Source of the DNA: a virus
Taxonomy: Duplodnaviria > Heunggongvirae > Uroviricota > Caudoviricetes
Strand: one strand, 5' to 3'
Virus record (IMG/VR): IMGVR_UViG_3300028832_000129
Span: 11,528-75,527 of that record
Length of the DNA stretch: 64,000 nucleotides
The notes beneath the pieces are model-generated. The model searched no databases. It saw only the letters and a list, made by a program, of their open reading frames with translations, and was not told the DNA's origin. The stretch's first letter is position 1. Every line of letters begins with the position of its first letter. Made by a program: the position numbers and the translations under genes. Shown one piece after another: positions 20,673 to 29,041 of this stretch.

Positions 20673-20977
20673 TGGACATGAAGAAGATTGAAAAGATTAA
20701 GGCGTCCTTCACCGACGAACAGTACAACCTGTACAACGTGCTGCTCGGCGACAAGGACAAGCTGAAGGCGGAATGGATGCTTTGCCGCCGCATGTACGAC
20801 CAGGCGGTCGCAATCATCAAGGCGAAGGAGACCGGTCCTGAAGTGCGGCTCCTCCTGATGAAGGCGTCCACCGACTACTGGAGCCGCCGCCGGCTGGCCC
20901 TGGAAAGGACGATGGAGGAAGTAGGCATGAACGCCGACCTCGCCGAATGGAGGAAGGAAGCAGATGCCAAGAGCTAA
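20672..20977 (+). CDS. Hypothetical protein, ~101 aa.
   Basis: ATG at 20672 (MDMKKIEKIK) overlapping the upstream stop. The longer 20321 ORF in the track is an out-of-context extension. Confidence 0.45.
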   Translation: MDMKKIEKIKASFTDEQYNLYNVLLGDKDKLKAEWMLCRRMYDQAVAIIKAKETGPEVRLLLMKASTDYWSRRRLALERTMEEVGMNADLAEWRKEADAKS

Positions 20978-21386
20978 GAAGCCGTTGGGACACATCCAGG
21001 TAGAACTGCTGGTCGCCGGGCAACCGACCAGGAGCGGCCACGTGTATACCCCGGAGGCCATAGAGAAGCTGTGCGCCGACATCAAGGAAACCCCGGTGAC
21101 CATCGAGGAGGTTTCCCCGCTGGAGCGCAGGGCCCGCAAGATTCCTGTCTGCAATTCCTGGCCGGAGCACGCAATGGCGGTATCCACGGATGCCTCCGTC
21201 GAGAACGGCGTCCTCAAGGTGGATTTCGACATCAAGAACAACAAGTACGGCTCCCTCCTCATGAAAAGCATCGAGGCGGGCGAGGTGGTGTACAAGCCGG
21301 TCGGCGTGACGACGGACGAGGGCGACGTTATTTCCAACTACAGGATGAACTACGTAACTATTGACGTGAAGTATGGGACAAATTAA
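20964..21386 (+). CDS. Hypothetical protein, 140 aa.
   Basis: Intact ORF in operon-like tight spacing. Confidence 0.5.
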   Translation: MPRAKKPLGHIQVELLVAGQPTRSGHVYTPEAIEKLCADIKETPVTIEEVSPLERRARKIPVCNSWPEHAMAVSTDASVENGVLKVDFDIKNNKYGSLLMKSIEAGEVVYKPVGVTTDEGDVISNYRMNYVTIDVKYGTN

Positions 21387-22500
21387 CATCATAATGAGCT
21401 ATGACTGCGAGAAGCAGGACTTTGACGACGCCAACATCTTCTGCAGGAAGAAACTGTGGGATACGGCCGAACTGACGGACGTGTTCTACGGGCAGGTGGC
21501 CGTAATGACTGACACGATGGCCGAATCCGGGGCGATTCCCGGTATCCTCGCCCTGTGCCCCACGGTAGTCCCGATTACCGGGAACTGGCTGTTCCGCCGC
21601 GTGGTCGAGCGTCTCGGCGAGAGCGGCAGCGGCATAAAGACTAGCGTCTTCCTTGACAGCAAGAACTACAAGTCGGTGCTTGACTGCGACGGGATATCGA
21701 GCTTCTACGTCGTCCTGTGCGGATGCTCCGCGTCGGAATGCGAGTCCAAGGTGCCGTCCTTCCGCGGATGGGTCTACGACAAGTATACCGAAATCTACCC
21801 GGACATGTTCCTGGTGGGCATGAAGAAGAATGCCGGCCTATCCATCAGCGACGCCGACCTGGACGACGAAATCAGCCGCATGGAGGTGGAGATGAACGAG
21901 CCCACCGAGGACGAGCTCACGTCGAACTCCCAGAAGGAACTCGAGCGCCTCATCAACACCATCCTGCAGAGCTGGGAGGTTTTCGGCAAGTACGACTACG
22001 ACATGCCGAAGTTCCTGTCGCAGACCGATGGACTCGGAGCATGCGGCTCGATAGAGGTGGGAGAGGACGGGCTCGACGGCATGTTCGAAGGCGCTGCCGA
22101 CATGATGTCCGGCGACGACGACCTGCGCGAGCAGATGAACGGGCCGAACGGGGAAGCCCTGGAAGCCCCGGCGTCACTACGCGTGGTCAAGGTGATGGCG
22201 AACACCATCAGCAGGATTTCGGACTTCAGCATGAAGGTCCACGGCGCGGCCGTGCAGGCCCTGGCGAAGGCCAACTCCAACGAGAAGAAGCTGGCCGAGA
22301 TGGACGCGATGGTCGTCGACGCGATGAAGGCGATGGACGAGAAGTGTGACAGCGTCAGGGACTACAGCGACGAGCGCATTTCCGGGCTTCGCCACCAGAT
22401 TGCCATCCTCGTCATGCACGACAGGGCGAAGCAGTATATCCCCCTGGCCGTATCCCTGCTGTCGCTGGTAGTTGTCGTGCTCTCGCTGATACTTCGCTGA
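21373..22500 (+). CDS. Hypothetical protein, 375 aa, with a C-terminal transmembrane anchor.
   Basis: Acidic central region and terminal hydrophobic helix PLAVSLLSLVVVVLSLIL. A terminator follows. Confidence 0.5.
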   Translation: MGQINIIMSYDCEKQDFDDANIFCRKKLWDTAELTDVFYGQVAVMTDTMAESGAIPGILALCPTVVPITGNWLFRRVVERLGESGSGIKTSVFLDSKNYKSVLDCDGISSFYVVLCGCSASECESKVPSFRGWVYDKYTEIYPDMFLVGMKKNAGLSISDADLDDEISRMEVEMNEPTEDELTSNSQKELERLINTILQSWEVFGKYDYDMPKFLSQTDGLGACGSIEVGEDGLDGMFEGAADMMSGDDDLREQMNGPNGEALEAPASLRVVKVMANTISRISDFSMKVHGAAVQALAKANSNEKKLAEMDAMVVDAMKAMDEKCDSVRDYSDERISGLRHQIAILVMHDRAKQYIPLAVSLLSLVVVVLSLILR

Positions 22501-22522
22501 TTTTGGCGGTACGTCCCTTAAA

Positions 22523-22549
22523 GGCCCCCGGTACGTGGGGCCTTTCTCT
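22523..22549 (+). terminator. Rho-independent terminator.
   Basis: GGCCCC-cggtacgt-GGGGCC plus TTTCTCT. Confidence 0.55.
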
Positions 22550-22578
22550 ATAAACTGTTCCAGTAAGGGGGATGAACC

Positions 22579-22893
22579 ATGCTCAGAAACATCGATGTAC
22601 TCCATAGGGCCGTAGTCAAGTCATGCGGGGATGCCCCGGGTTATTTCGCCGAGAGCGTATCGGCCGCGTTCACCGCAATGTTCGAGGATGGAGAGACCAT
22701 CCCGGTAAACGTGGACAACCTCGTCAAGAGCGACGAGGCCGACACCATCCCTGCCCAGCTCAAGAGCGCACAGGATGCGGCAAAGACGGCCGACGACAAG
22801 GTGCGGAACCTCCGGGATACTCTCGGTATTGCATCCAAGGATACGAACGGGGTGACTGGCACTCAGCAGGGGACTACGAATGCAACGGCATAA
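22579..22893 (+). CDS. Hypothetical protein, 104 aa.
   Basis: Intact ORF with a GGGGGA RBS-like sequence upstream. Confidence 0.45.
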   Translation: MLRNIDVLHRAVVKSCGDAPGYFAESVSAAFTAMFEDGETIPVNVDNLVKSDEADTIPAQLKSAQDAAKTADDKVRNLRDTLGIASKDTNGVTGTQQGTTNATA

Positions 22894-23464
22894 CGCCATA
22901 CTCAAGTTCATGGACGACATGTACCGGGAAACCCAGTCCCCGACCGTGCTCGAGGCAGCGAAGATTTACCGGAAGCTGTTCATGGAACAGCAGTTCATGC
23001 CCGCGTCCGCCACCAGGCAGACCCCGGCAATCGACTACAAGGGATTCATGCACGTTGTTCCCCATGCGGCTTCCGGTACGAACCAGCCAGATGTATGTCC
23101 GGCACAGGTGAACACCATCATCAACGGCACTTGCACCAGGGACACCGGCGAGGAAACAGCGAAGGAAAAATGGGAAGTCCCGGACTTTGCCCAGTTCAAG
23201 AAGGGACAGCTCAACAGTGCGCTTCTCCACGGCAGGACTGCAGGTACGCCTACCCCAGCAAACTTCGGGAAGTACAACAACGCAGTCATGGATGAACTTT
23301 CGAAGACCGGCAAGAAGAACCAGCGGGACCGCCTGTTCATGGGTGTCCCGAACTGCACAATGCCGATGCGCTGCGGGTACACGATTACCAATCCTCTGGA
23401 CTACCAGGGAACCGACGTCGGATATGCCGATGGCGGAGGTGGTGCCGGGGGAGCGGCCCAATAA
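22880..23464 (+). CDS. Hypothetical protein, 194 aa.
   Basis: Intact ORF ending at a bidirectional terminator. Confidence 0.5.
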   Translation: MQRHNAILKFMDDMYRETQSPTVLEAAKIYRKLFMEQQFMPASATRQTPAIDYKGFMHVVPHAASGTNQPDVCPAQVNTIINGTCTRDTGEETAKEKWEVPDFAQFKKGQLNSALLHGRTAGTPTPANFGKYNNAVMDELSKTGKKNQRDRLFMGVPNCTMPMRCGYTITNPLDYQGTDVGYADGGGGAGGAAQ

Positions 23465-23471
23465 TTTAAAA

Positions 23472-23500
23472 GGCGGTGGAAATCCACCGCCTTTCTTTTT
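23472..23500. terminator. Bidirectional rho-independent terminator between convergent genes.
   Basis: GGCGGTGGA-aat-TCCACCGCC hairpin flanked by A-run and T-run. Confidence 0.6.
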
Positions 23501-23522
23501 GGCATGCAGGAAGCATGCGATA

Positions 23523-24431
23523 TCAACCTGTAATGAATCCAATGAAGTATCGTTTGTTTTCTTCATAATATTTTTCCCATATATCGATAACTGCCTGCAC
23601 ATGTTTCTTTTCTACGTTATCCATCTTATGGATACAATCGGTGTATGGTGATGCGAGTGCAACATTATCGGCTCCTATATCAGCTATTACCTCATATTCG
23701 TTGCTTTTGCCTGCGCGAGCTACCCATTCGGTTAACATATAGTCTGCCCATCCAAGCAAGGTTTTGTTTTCAATCTTGTTGTTTGGGTGGTCCATGCCAG
23801 TATTGAAAGCCAGAATCTTAAGATTTCCATTATATTCTGACCGTTTTAGACCGGCGTTCAGCACGGCGATTGGCGAATTTGCCCAGCATCCACCGTCAAT
23901 ATATGATTGTCCATCCTTTATGACAACGTCAAAATAGGACGGAGCGGCAGTGCTGGTCAGAATAGCCAACCATTTGTCCGTATCGGTATCACCTAAATCC
24001 CATACTTTTTCTACGCTTTTTCCATTGGTGTGTGTAGTTGGAATAAATATAGGTTTTTTCCAATCGGAAACTTTCCCAGTAAACTTAGATTTTAGTATTT
24101 TAATGAGATTAGTGTTGTCATATGTTGGACATGTAGGTTGTACCCGTTTGTACCATGGATATTTTGTGAATATCTTCCCTAGGTTATTGTAATACAGGTC
24201 GAATAGGTCATGCGCTGAATATCCCTCGTCTAGTCCACCCGCAATGATGGCCCCGGTTGATGTACCGGCAAATGCGATTGCAATATCACCCAGCTTTTTG
24301 CCGATGTCCTGTTCGAGCCTACACATGAAGGCAAGTGGGCCGATACCCAGTGCGCCGCCACCGTTTACGCTGATAGCTATATTCTTCATAATTATACCCC
24401 TGTTTTCTTGCAGTTTATTCGGGTGCCGCAT
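23523..24431 (-). CDS. Patatin-like phospholipase (PNPLA family).
   Basis: GGGALGIG oxyanion motif, AGTSTGAIIAG (GxSxG nucleophile elbow) and DGGCWANSP (catalytic DGG). Alternative start at the internal Met (24389). It is the only minus-strand gene here. Confidence 0.75.
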   Translation of the reverse strand: MRHPNKLQENRGIIMKNIAISVNGGGALGIGPLAFMCRLEQDIGKKLGDIAIAFAGTSTGAIIAGGLDEGYSAHDLFDLYYNNLGKIFTKYPWYKRVQPTCPTYDNTNLIKILKSKFTGKVSDWKKPIFIPTTHTNGKSVEKVWDLGDTDTDKWLAILTSTAAPSYFDVVIKDGQSYIDGGCWANSPIAVLNAGLKRSEYNGNLKILAFNTGMDHPNNKIENKTLLGWADYMLTEWVARAGKSNEYEVIADIGADNVALASPYTDCIHKMDNVEKKHVQAVIDIWEKYYEENKRYFIGFITG

Positions 24432-24461
24432 AAACTATGGATATCGAAGTGGACGGTTGCC

Positions 24462-25922
24462 ATGGACGTATTGAGAGAATTGCTGAGTGAAATCCCGGGA
24501 AACACATTGTGCCGCAATGTACTTACCGAGGCATACTGCGCCCTGTTCGAGGACGTGGCCTCAGTAGCCACACACAAGTCCAAGAACGTTATCCGCAGCC
24601 TGTTCCCGCAGCTTGCATCCAGATGGGATGACATTGCCGTGGACGACGCCGGGAACCCCGTGCTGACCATGAGCGGGAAGCAGCAGACATACATCGAGTA
24701 TTTCGAGCGCACAATCAGGAACATGTTCTTCCATGACGGTGCGAACCAGAAGTTCGAACCGGGGGTCACCAGGATTGCATACGGGGAACTCAAGCTGGAG
24801 AATCGTGGACAGGACAGCCGGAAGCTGGCTTCACTCAAGAAGATTGTCAAGCTGATTTCCGAAGGGCACGCCGGCGAGTATGACGGCGACCTCAACGGCA
24901 TGTCCTACGATGAACTGGAGACGCGGTTCGGCACTGTCGTGCAGAAGGCCGACGACGAACTCAAGGAGAAACTCGCATCGGCTGATTACCAGGCAAGCGA
25001 CTACGTAATCAAGGAGATTCCGGATTACAAAAGCGCGACGAAATTCTTCAAGTACACTAACCCGGATTCCCCGTGGTGCATCACCCACATGGAGAACATG
25101 TGGCGTTCGTACACCGCCGACGGGATGAACAGGGTATATTTCGCGTACAGGCCGAACTTCAGGCGGATGAAACCCGTAAAGGGCCCGGACGCGCCGCTAG
25201 ACAGCTACGGATTGTCGCTCATATCCATCATAGTAGACCCGTGGGGCACGCTGCGGGCGGTGACGACCCGGTGGAACCATGCCAACGGCGGTTCGGACCA
25301 GGCGATGGACGCCACCCAGCTGTCCAACGTCCTCGGGGGGAACGTGTTCGAGCTGTGCCCGCCCACGGCAATGCCGGAACGGCATGTCGAGCGCATCGAC
25401 AACGATTCGATACGCATCGGCGACCAGGTATGGATGAGCCACAACCTGCAGATGCGCACGAACAGGAGGCGCGGGATAGTCCACGTCGGCGACGAGACCT
25501 ACTTTACCTGGAATGCCGCAATGGAAGTGGCTGCCGCGTACGGAAACGGCTGGCGGCTCCCTACCATGGACGACTGGGACAAGCTCATAGAGACATGCGG
25601 CGGTTATAAAAAGGCGGGGCTCAACCTCAAGTCGACCGAAGGATGGAGACCGGGCGTCGATGACGAAAACGGAAACGGGTTCGACACGTACGGGTTCGAC
25701 GCGAAACCGGCCGGAAAGTACAACCGCTATCATGGTCGTAGGGGCGTGGGATGTAAGCGGCACTTCGCCTTCTTCTGGACCAGTGACAGGTGTGAAGACA
25801 GTTTCGAGTGGGCCCGCTATGTTGAATTAAATTACCTTGACACTGGGGCCAGTACTAGCATAGGGAAACTCAGTGGTACGGACATGGTCGGACTGTCGGT
25901 CCGTCTTGTCAGGAATGCGTAG
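24462..25922 (+). CDS. FISUMP-domain protein, paralog 1.
   Basis: C-terminus ...YFTWNAAM...GWRLPTMDDWDKLIE..GG..AGLNLKSTEGW..NGNGFDTYGFDAKPAGKY...FFWTSD...GLSVRLVRNA matches the Fibrobacter succinogenes major paralogous (FISUMP) domain. The N-terminal ~300 aa are paralogous to 29042..31648 (RIAYGEL, RWNHAN, ELCPP). The start is moved to the ATG at 24462 to avoid overlap with the patatin gene. Confidence 0.6.
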   Translation: MDVLRELLSEIPGNTLCRNVLTEAYCALFEDVASVATHKSKNVIRSLFPQLASRWDDIAVDDAGNPVLTMSGKQQTYIEYFERTIRNMFFHDGANQKFEPGVTRIAYGELKLENRGQDSRKLASLKKIVKLISEGHAGEYDGDLNGMSYDELETRFGTVVQKADDELKEKLASADYQASDYVIKEIPDYKSATKFFKYTNPDSPWCITHMENMWRSYTADGMNRVYFAYRPNFRRMKPVKGPDAPLDSYGLSLISIIVDPWGTLRAVTTRWNHANGGSDQAMDATQLSNVLGGNVFELCPPTAMPERHVERIDNDSIRIGDQVWMSHNLQMRTNRRRGIVHVGDETYFTWNAAMEVAAAYGNGWRLPTMDDWDKLIETCGGYKKAGLNLKSTEGWRPGVDDENGNGFDTYGFDAKPAGKYNRYHGRRGVGCKRHFAFFWTSDRCEDSFEWARYVELNYLDTGASTSIGKLSGTDMVGLSVRLVRNA

Positions 25923-25947
25923 TCCGCCCGTCATGAAATTATGGAAG

Positions 25948-25970
25948 GTCGCCGCCGGGCGGCCTTTTTG
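25948..25970 (+). terminator. Rho-independent terminator fused to the promoter motif.
   Basis: GC palindrome GCCGCCgGGCGGCC plus TTTTT, running directly into TGCTATATTTGG. Confidence 0.55.
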
Positions 25971-25980
25971 CTATATTTGG
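25964..25980 (+). promoter_or_regulatory. Phage promoter motif CTTTTTGCTATATTTGG.
   Basis: Exact family member, 5 nt upstream of the ligA start. Confidence 0.55.
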
Positions 25981-25984
25981 GGAT

Positions 25985-28093
25985 ATGATAGACTTCAAGC
26001 AGTATGCAGAGATGTGCGACGTTCTCACCCAATGGGCAAGGGAATACGCCGCTGGCACGCCGTCCGTACCGGACGACGTATACGACAAGAATTACATCCT
26101 CCTCAAGGAATTCGAGGCGGCAAACCCCAGTGTCATCCTGGATACCTCGCCAACGCGCCACGTGGAGGACGGGGCTGACGGATTCCGCAAGGTGAAGCAC
26201 GAAATCCCGATGATTTCAATCGCCAACTCCAACGGTATCGAGGAGACCCGCGAATGGGCCACCATGATGTTCAACAACGGAGTCAAGCGTCTGGAAGGCG
26301 AATACAAGCTGGACGGCCTGAGCCTAGCATTGAAGTTCAAGGATGGCCAGCTGGTCGATGCCGTTACCCGCGGCAAGGACAACATCGGCGACTCCGTGTT
26401 CGAGAATGCGCTCCGCGTCAAGGGTGTGCTCACTAAGATTCCCTGGCTCGGCGAGGTGGAAATCCGTGGCGAGACCGTATGGAAATACGCTGACTTCGAA
26501 CCAATCAACGACCAGCTCATTGCCGAGGGGAAGAAGGCCTTCGCCAACCCCAGGAACGGCGCATCGGGTACGCTGAAGTCCCATGACCCGGACGAGGTAG
26601 AATCCCGTGGTCTGTCGTTCGTTGCATATCTCATCGTCAAGGGAAGCCCCAACCGCTTCCAGGATACCGACATCATGCAGTTGCAGGAGTTCGGTTTTGA
26701 AGTACCGGAACACTGGGTTGCCGAGACTGTAGACGAAGTAGTTGAGCTTGCCGAGAGGATGCGCGAGAAGCGTTTCGAACAGCCCTATCCCATTGACGGC
26801 GTAGTGCTGAAGGTGGACGACAAGGAAGACCAGAAGCGCTTCGGATACACCGCGAAGTCCCCGAACTTCTACCGTGCATACAAGTTCCCGCCGGAGGAAA
26901 AGGAGACCGAGCTGCTTGACATCGAGCAGTCCATCGGCATGTCCGGCGCAATCACTCCCGTCGCCATCATCAAGCCGGTGCATCTGGCAATGACGACGGT
27001 ATCGCGCTGTTCCCTGCACAACTGGGACCTCGTCGACTATCTCGGCCTGCACAAGGGTTGCCATGTAGTAATCCGTAAGGCCGGCGAGATTATCCCGGAA
27101 CTGGTCAAGTGTACGGAGACCGACCGTTCCAAGGATACCTACGAAGTCGAACGTACCAAGTGCGACAAGGACAAGATTCCGCATGTCAAGCCGTGGGTTC
27201 CCACGAATGATACGGAGAAGGCATATGAACGCTACCTCCGTCCGGTTACCTGCCCGTGCTGCGGCGGGGAACTGAAGTGCCAGGTGAACAATGAAGGCAA
27301 GGAACTGGTCGCCTGGGTATGCTCCAACGAGGAATGCCGTACACAGATTGGCGGCAAGCTCGCCAACTTCGTATCCCGTGAATGCATGAACATCATGGGT
27401 ATCGGCGAGTCGATAGTGGAACAGCTGCTGGAGGCAGGCAAGCTCCGCTTCTTTACGGACTTCTATACGTTGACCATACAGGACATCATGGACGCATGCG
27501 GCAAGACTGAAGCCGGTGCGAAGAAACTCCTGCAGAGCATCGACAAGTCGAAGGGAAACTACCTCCATCAGCTTATCGAGGGCTTCTCCATTCCTGGCCT
27601 AGGTCACCAGGTAGCCCCGGCCGTGGCCAAGTGTGTCCATGATGCCGGTGGCTTCATCCGTATCTATCAGGATGGCGACCCTACCGGGTTCATCGACGAC
27701 TTCTGCTACCGTGCCCAGAAGGCCGGCATCTCCCCGGTAATCGTCGGAAAGTTCTGTGAGTTCGTCACCAAGTATGAGGGTGCCCTTACCGAGTTCGCTA
27801 CATGGGGTGTCGCCCAGAACGTGAAGGAAGTGCAGTCCGCGAAGCTCGCCGGGAAGGTGTGCATCATGACCGGCACGTTCGAGAAGCTCGACCGAGACGT
27901 GTTCAAGGACATGGTCGTTGCCAACGGCGGCACCATCTGTTCTTCCATTACAAAGAAGTGCAACGTGGTGCTCATGGGAGACAACGCCGGGCCGTCCAAG
28001 GTACAGAAGATTGACGAGCTCAGGAAGGCCGGCCAGGAGATTACGGTGTACACCCCGGAAACCCTGCAGCAGTTCCTGGACCTGCTCAAGTGA
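25985..28093 (+). CDS. ligA: NAD-dependent DNA ligase.
   Basis: Adenylation motif EYKLDGLS (KxDG). Cys4 zinc finger CPCCGG...CSNEEC. C-terminal BRCT-like segment KVCIMTGTF...VVLMGDNAGPSKVQKIDELRKAGQEI. 702 aa. Confidence 0.9.
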   Translation: MIDFKQYAEMCDVLTQWAREYAAGTPSVPDDVYDKNYILLKEFEAANPSVILDTSPTRHVEDGADGFRKVKHEIPMISIANSNGIEETREWATMMFNNGVKRLEGEYKLDGLSLALKFKDGQLVDAVTRGKDNIGDSVFENALRVKGVLTKIPWLGEVEIRGETVWKYADFEPINDQLIAEGKKAFANPRNGASGTLKSHDPDEVESRGLSFVAYLIVKGSPNRFQDTDIMQLQEFGFEVPEHWVAETVDEVVELAERMREKRFEQPYPIDGVVLKVDDKEDQKRFGYTAKSPNFYRAYKFPPEEKETELLDIEQSIGMSGAITPVAIIKPVHLAMTTVSRCSLHNWDLVDYLGLHKGCHVVIRKAGEIIPELVKCTETDRSKDTYEVERTKCDKDKIPHVKPWVPTNDTEKAYERYLRPVTCPCCGGELKCQVNNEGKELVAWVCSNEECRTQIGGKLANFVSRECMNIMGIGESIVEQLLEAGKLRFFTDFYTLTIQDIMDACGKTEAGAKKLLQSIDKSKGNYLHQLIEGFSIPGLGHQVAPAVAKCVHDAGGFIRIYQDGDPTGFIDDFCYRAQKAGISPVIVGKFCEFVTKYEGALTEFATWGVAQNVKEVQSAKLAGKVCIMTGTFEKLDRDVFKDMVVANGGTICSSITKKCNVVLMGDNAGPSKVQKIDELRKAGQEITVYTPETLQQFLDLLK

Positions 28094-28100
28094 GTGCGCC

Positions 28101-28262
28101 ATGAAGGGATACATAATTGCGATTGTCCTGGTGCTCCTGCTCGCCGTGATGAACGTCTGTTTTCTCGGGTGCTCCACCGGAGAGACCGGCGCTGACGCGT
28201 GGTGTACGTCGACCGACTCGACTGCAACCTGCGGAGACGTGCAGTACGAGATACATCGGTGA
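28101..28262 (+). CDS. Small putative lipoprotein, 53 aa.
   Basis: MKGYIIAIVLVLLLAVMNVCFLGCSTGE has a signal peptide and a FLGC lipobox. Followed by a strong terminator hairpin at 28283-28314. Confidence 0.4.
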   Translation: MKGYIIAIVLVLLLAVMNVCFLGCSTGETGADAWCTSTDSTATCGDVQYEIHR

Positions 28263-28342
28263 CATGTATTGAATCATACGGAATGCCGCCCCTAGCGGGC
28301 GGCATTTTGTGTTTCGCTAAACTTACAATTGGAGATAATGAT

Positions 28343-28570
28343 ATGAAGAAGATTCTGATTGTATTGGCACTGCTCGCATGTTCAGTATTCGCCGGGAAGC
28401 CCGTCAAGGTGGAGGTGTGCCGCCCGAGCTTCTGCTACACCTACGTGTTCAACGACGTGAGGAAGGCGGAGTACAGCGTAGACCTGACCGGGAAGAGGTT
28501 CGTCCGGGTGTATTTCATCAACGGGAAAATCCTGGATATCACCGGGGACGTTAAAATCCTGAAGAAATAA
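28343..28570 (+). CDS. Small secreted protein or lipoprotein, 75 aa.
   Basis: GGAGATAAT RBS-like. MKKILIVLALLACSVFAG has a signal peptide and an LLAC lipobox. Confidence 0.45.
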   Translation: MKKILIVLALLACSVFAGKPVKVEVCRPSFCYTYVFNDVRKAEYSVDLTGKRFVRVYFINGKILDITGDVKILKK

Positions 28571-28604
28571 TTCACTTTTTTCGCGGTACCCGCCTCCACG
28601 CCAG

Positions 28605-28624
28605 GAGTTTTTTGCTATATTTGG
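28605..28624 (+). promoter_or_regulatory. Phage promoter motif TTTTTTGCTATATTTGG directly upstream of a tRNA.
   Basis: Exact motif. tRNA-Gly(CCC) begins 8 nt downstream. Confidence 0.55.
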
Positions 28625-28631
28625 TATATCA

Positions 28632-28704
28632 GCGGGAATAGCTCAGTTGGTAGAGCGCGACCTTCCCAAGGTCGATGTCGAGGGTTCGAGCCCCTTTTCC
28701 CGCT
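28632..28704 (+). tRNA. tRNA-Gly(CCC).
   Basis: GCGGGAATAGCTCAGTTGGTAGAGCG..CGACC-TTCCCAA-GGTCG..GGTTCGAGCC..TTCCCGC. Clean cloverleaf. The CCA is not encoded. Confidence 0.85.
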
Positions 28705-28964
28705 CTAACAAGTTGGCGTACATGCGCCGCATCACGCGGAGTTGGCCATTCGAATGTTCCTAGGTTCGAAACTGGGGACAGGAGAGCCACCTAGGGCTCC
28801 GTGAAACGTGCGGGTCGGGCCTGGCGCTGCGCTTGGTTTGATGCTGTCCTGTGCTGTGGCCCTCCGCGAGGAGTCTAAACGGCTTGCGGTGCGGTCGACG
28901 GTGTCGCCTCCGTCGCGGTGCGTGCAAAACCCGGTCTGCACAGATGTTGCGCATGAACGCCAAC

Positions 28965-28980
28965 TTTTTGCTATATTTGG
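28965..28980 (+). promoter_or_regulatory. Phage promoter motif TTTTTGCTATATTTGG.
   Basis: Exact motif ~60 nt upstream of the 29042 gene. Confidence 0.5.
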
Positions 28981-29041
28981 GGTAGGCCATACGTGCCTAC
29001 CCTTTATTATATTGTCAACACCATAACTATCAAGGTTATAA

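Noticed and set aside
362-22605. Numerous overlapping or antisense ORFs in the six-frame track (e.g. 362..751, 1253..2158-, 10191..11012-, 46685..47683-, 51754..52473-)
   Set aside because: They lie wholly inside or antisense to long, well-supported genes in ~60% GC DNA, where spurious open frames are expected. They have no RBS or motif support and are treated as artefacts.
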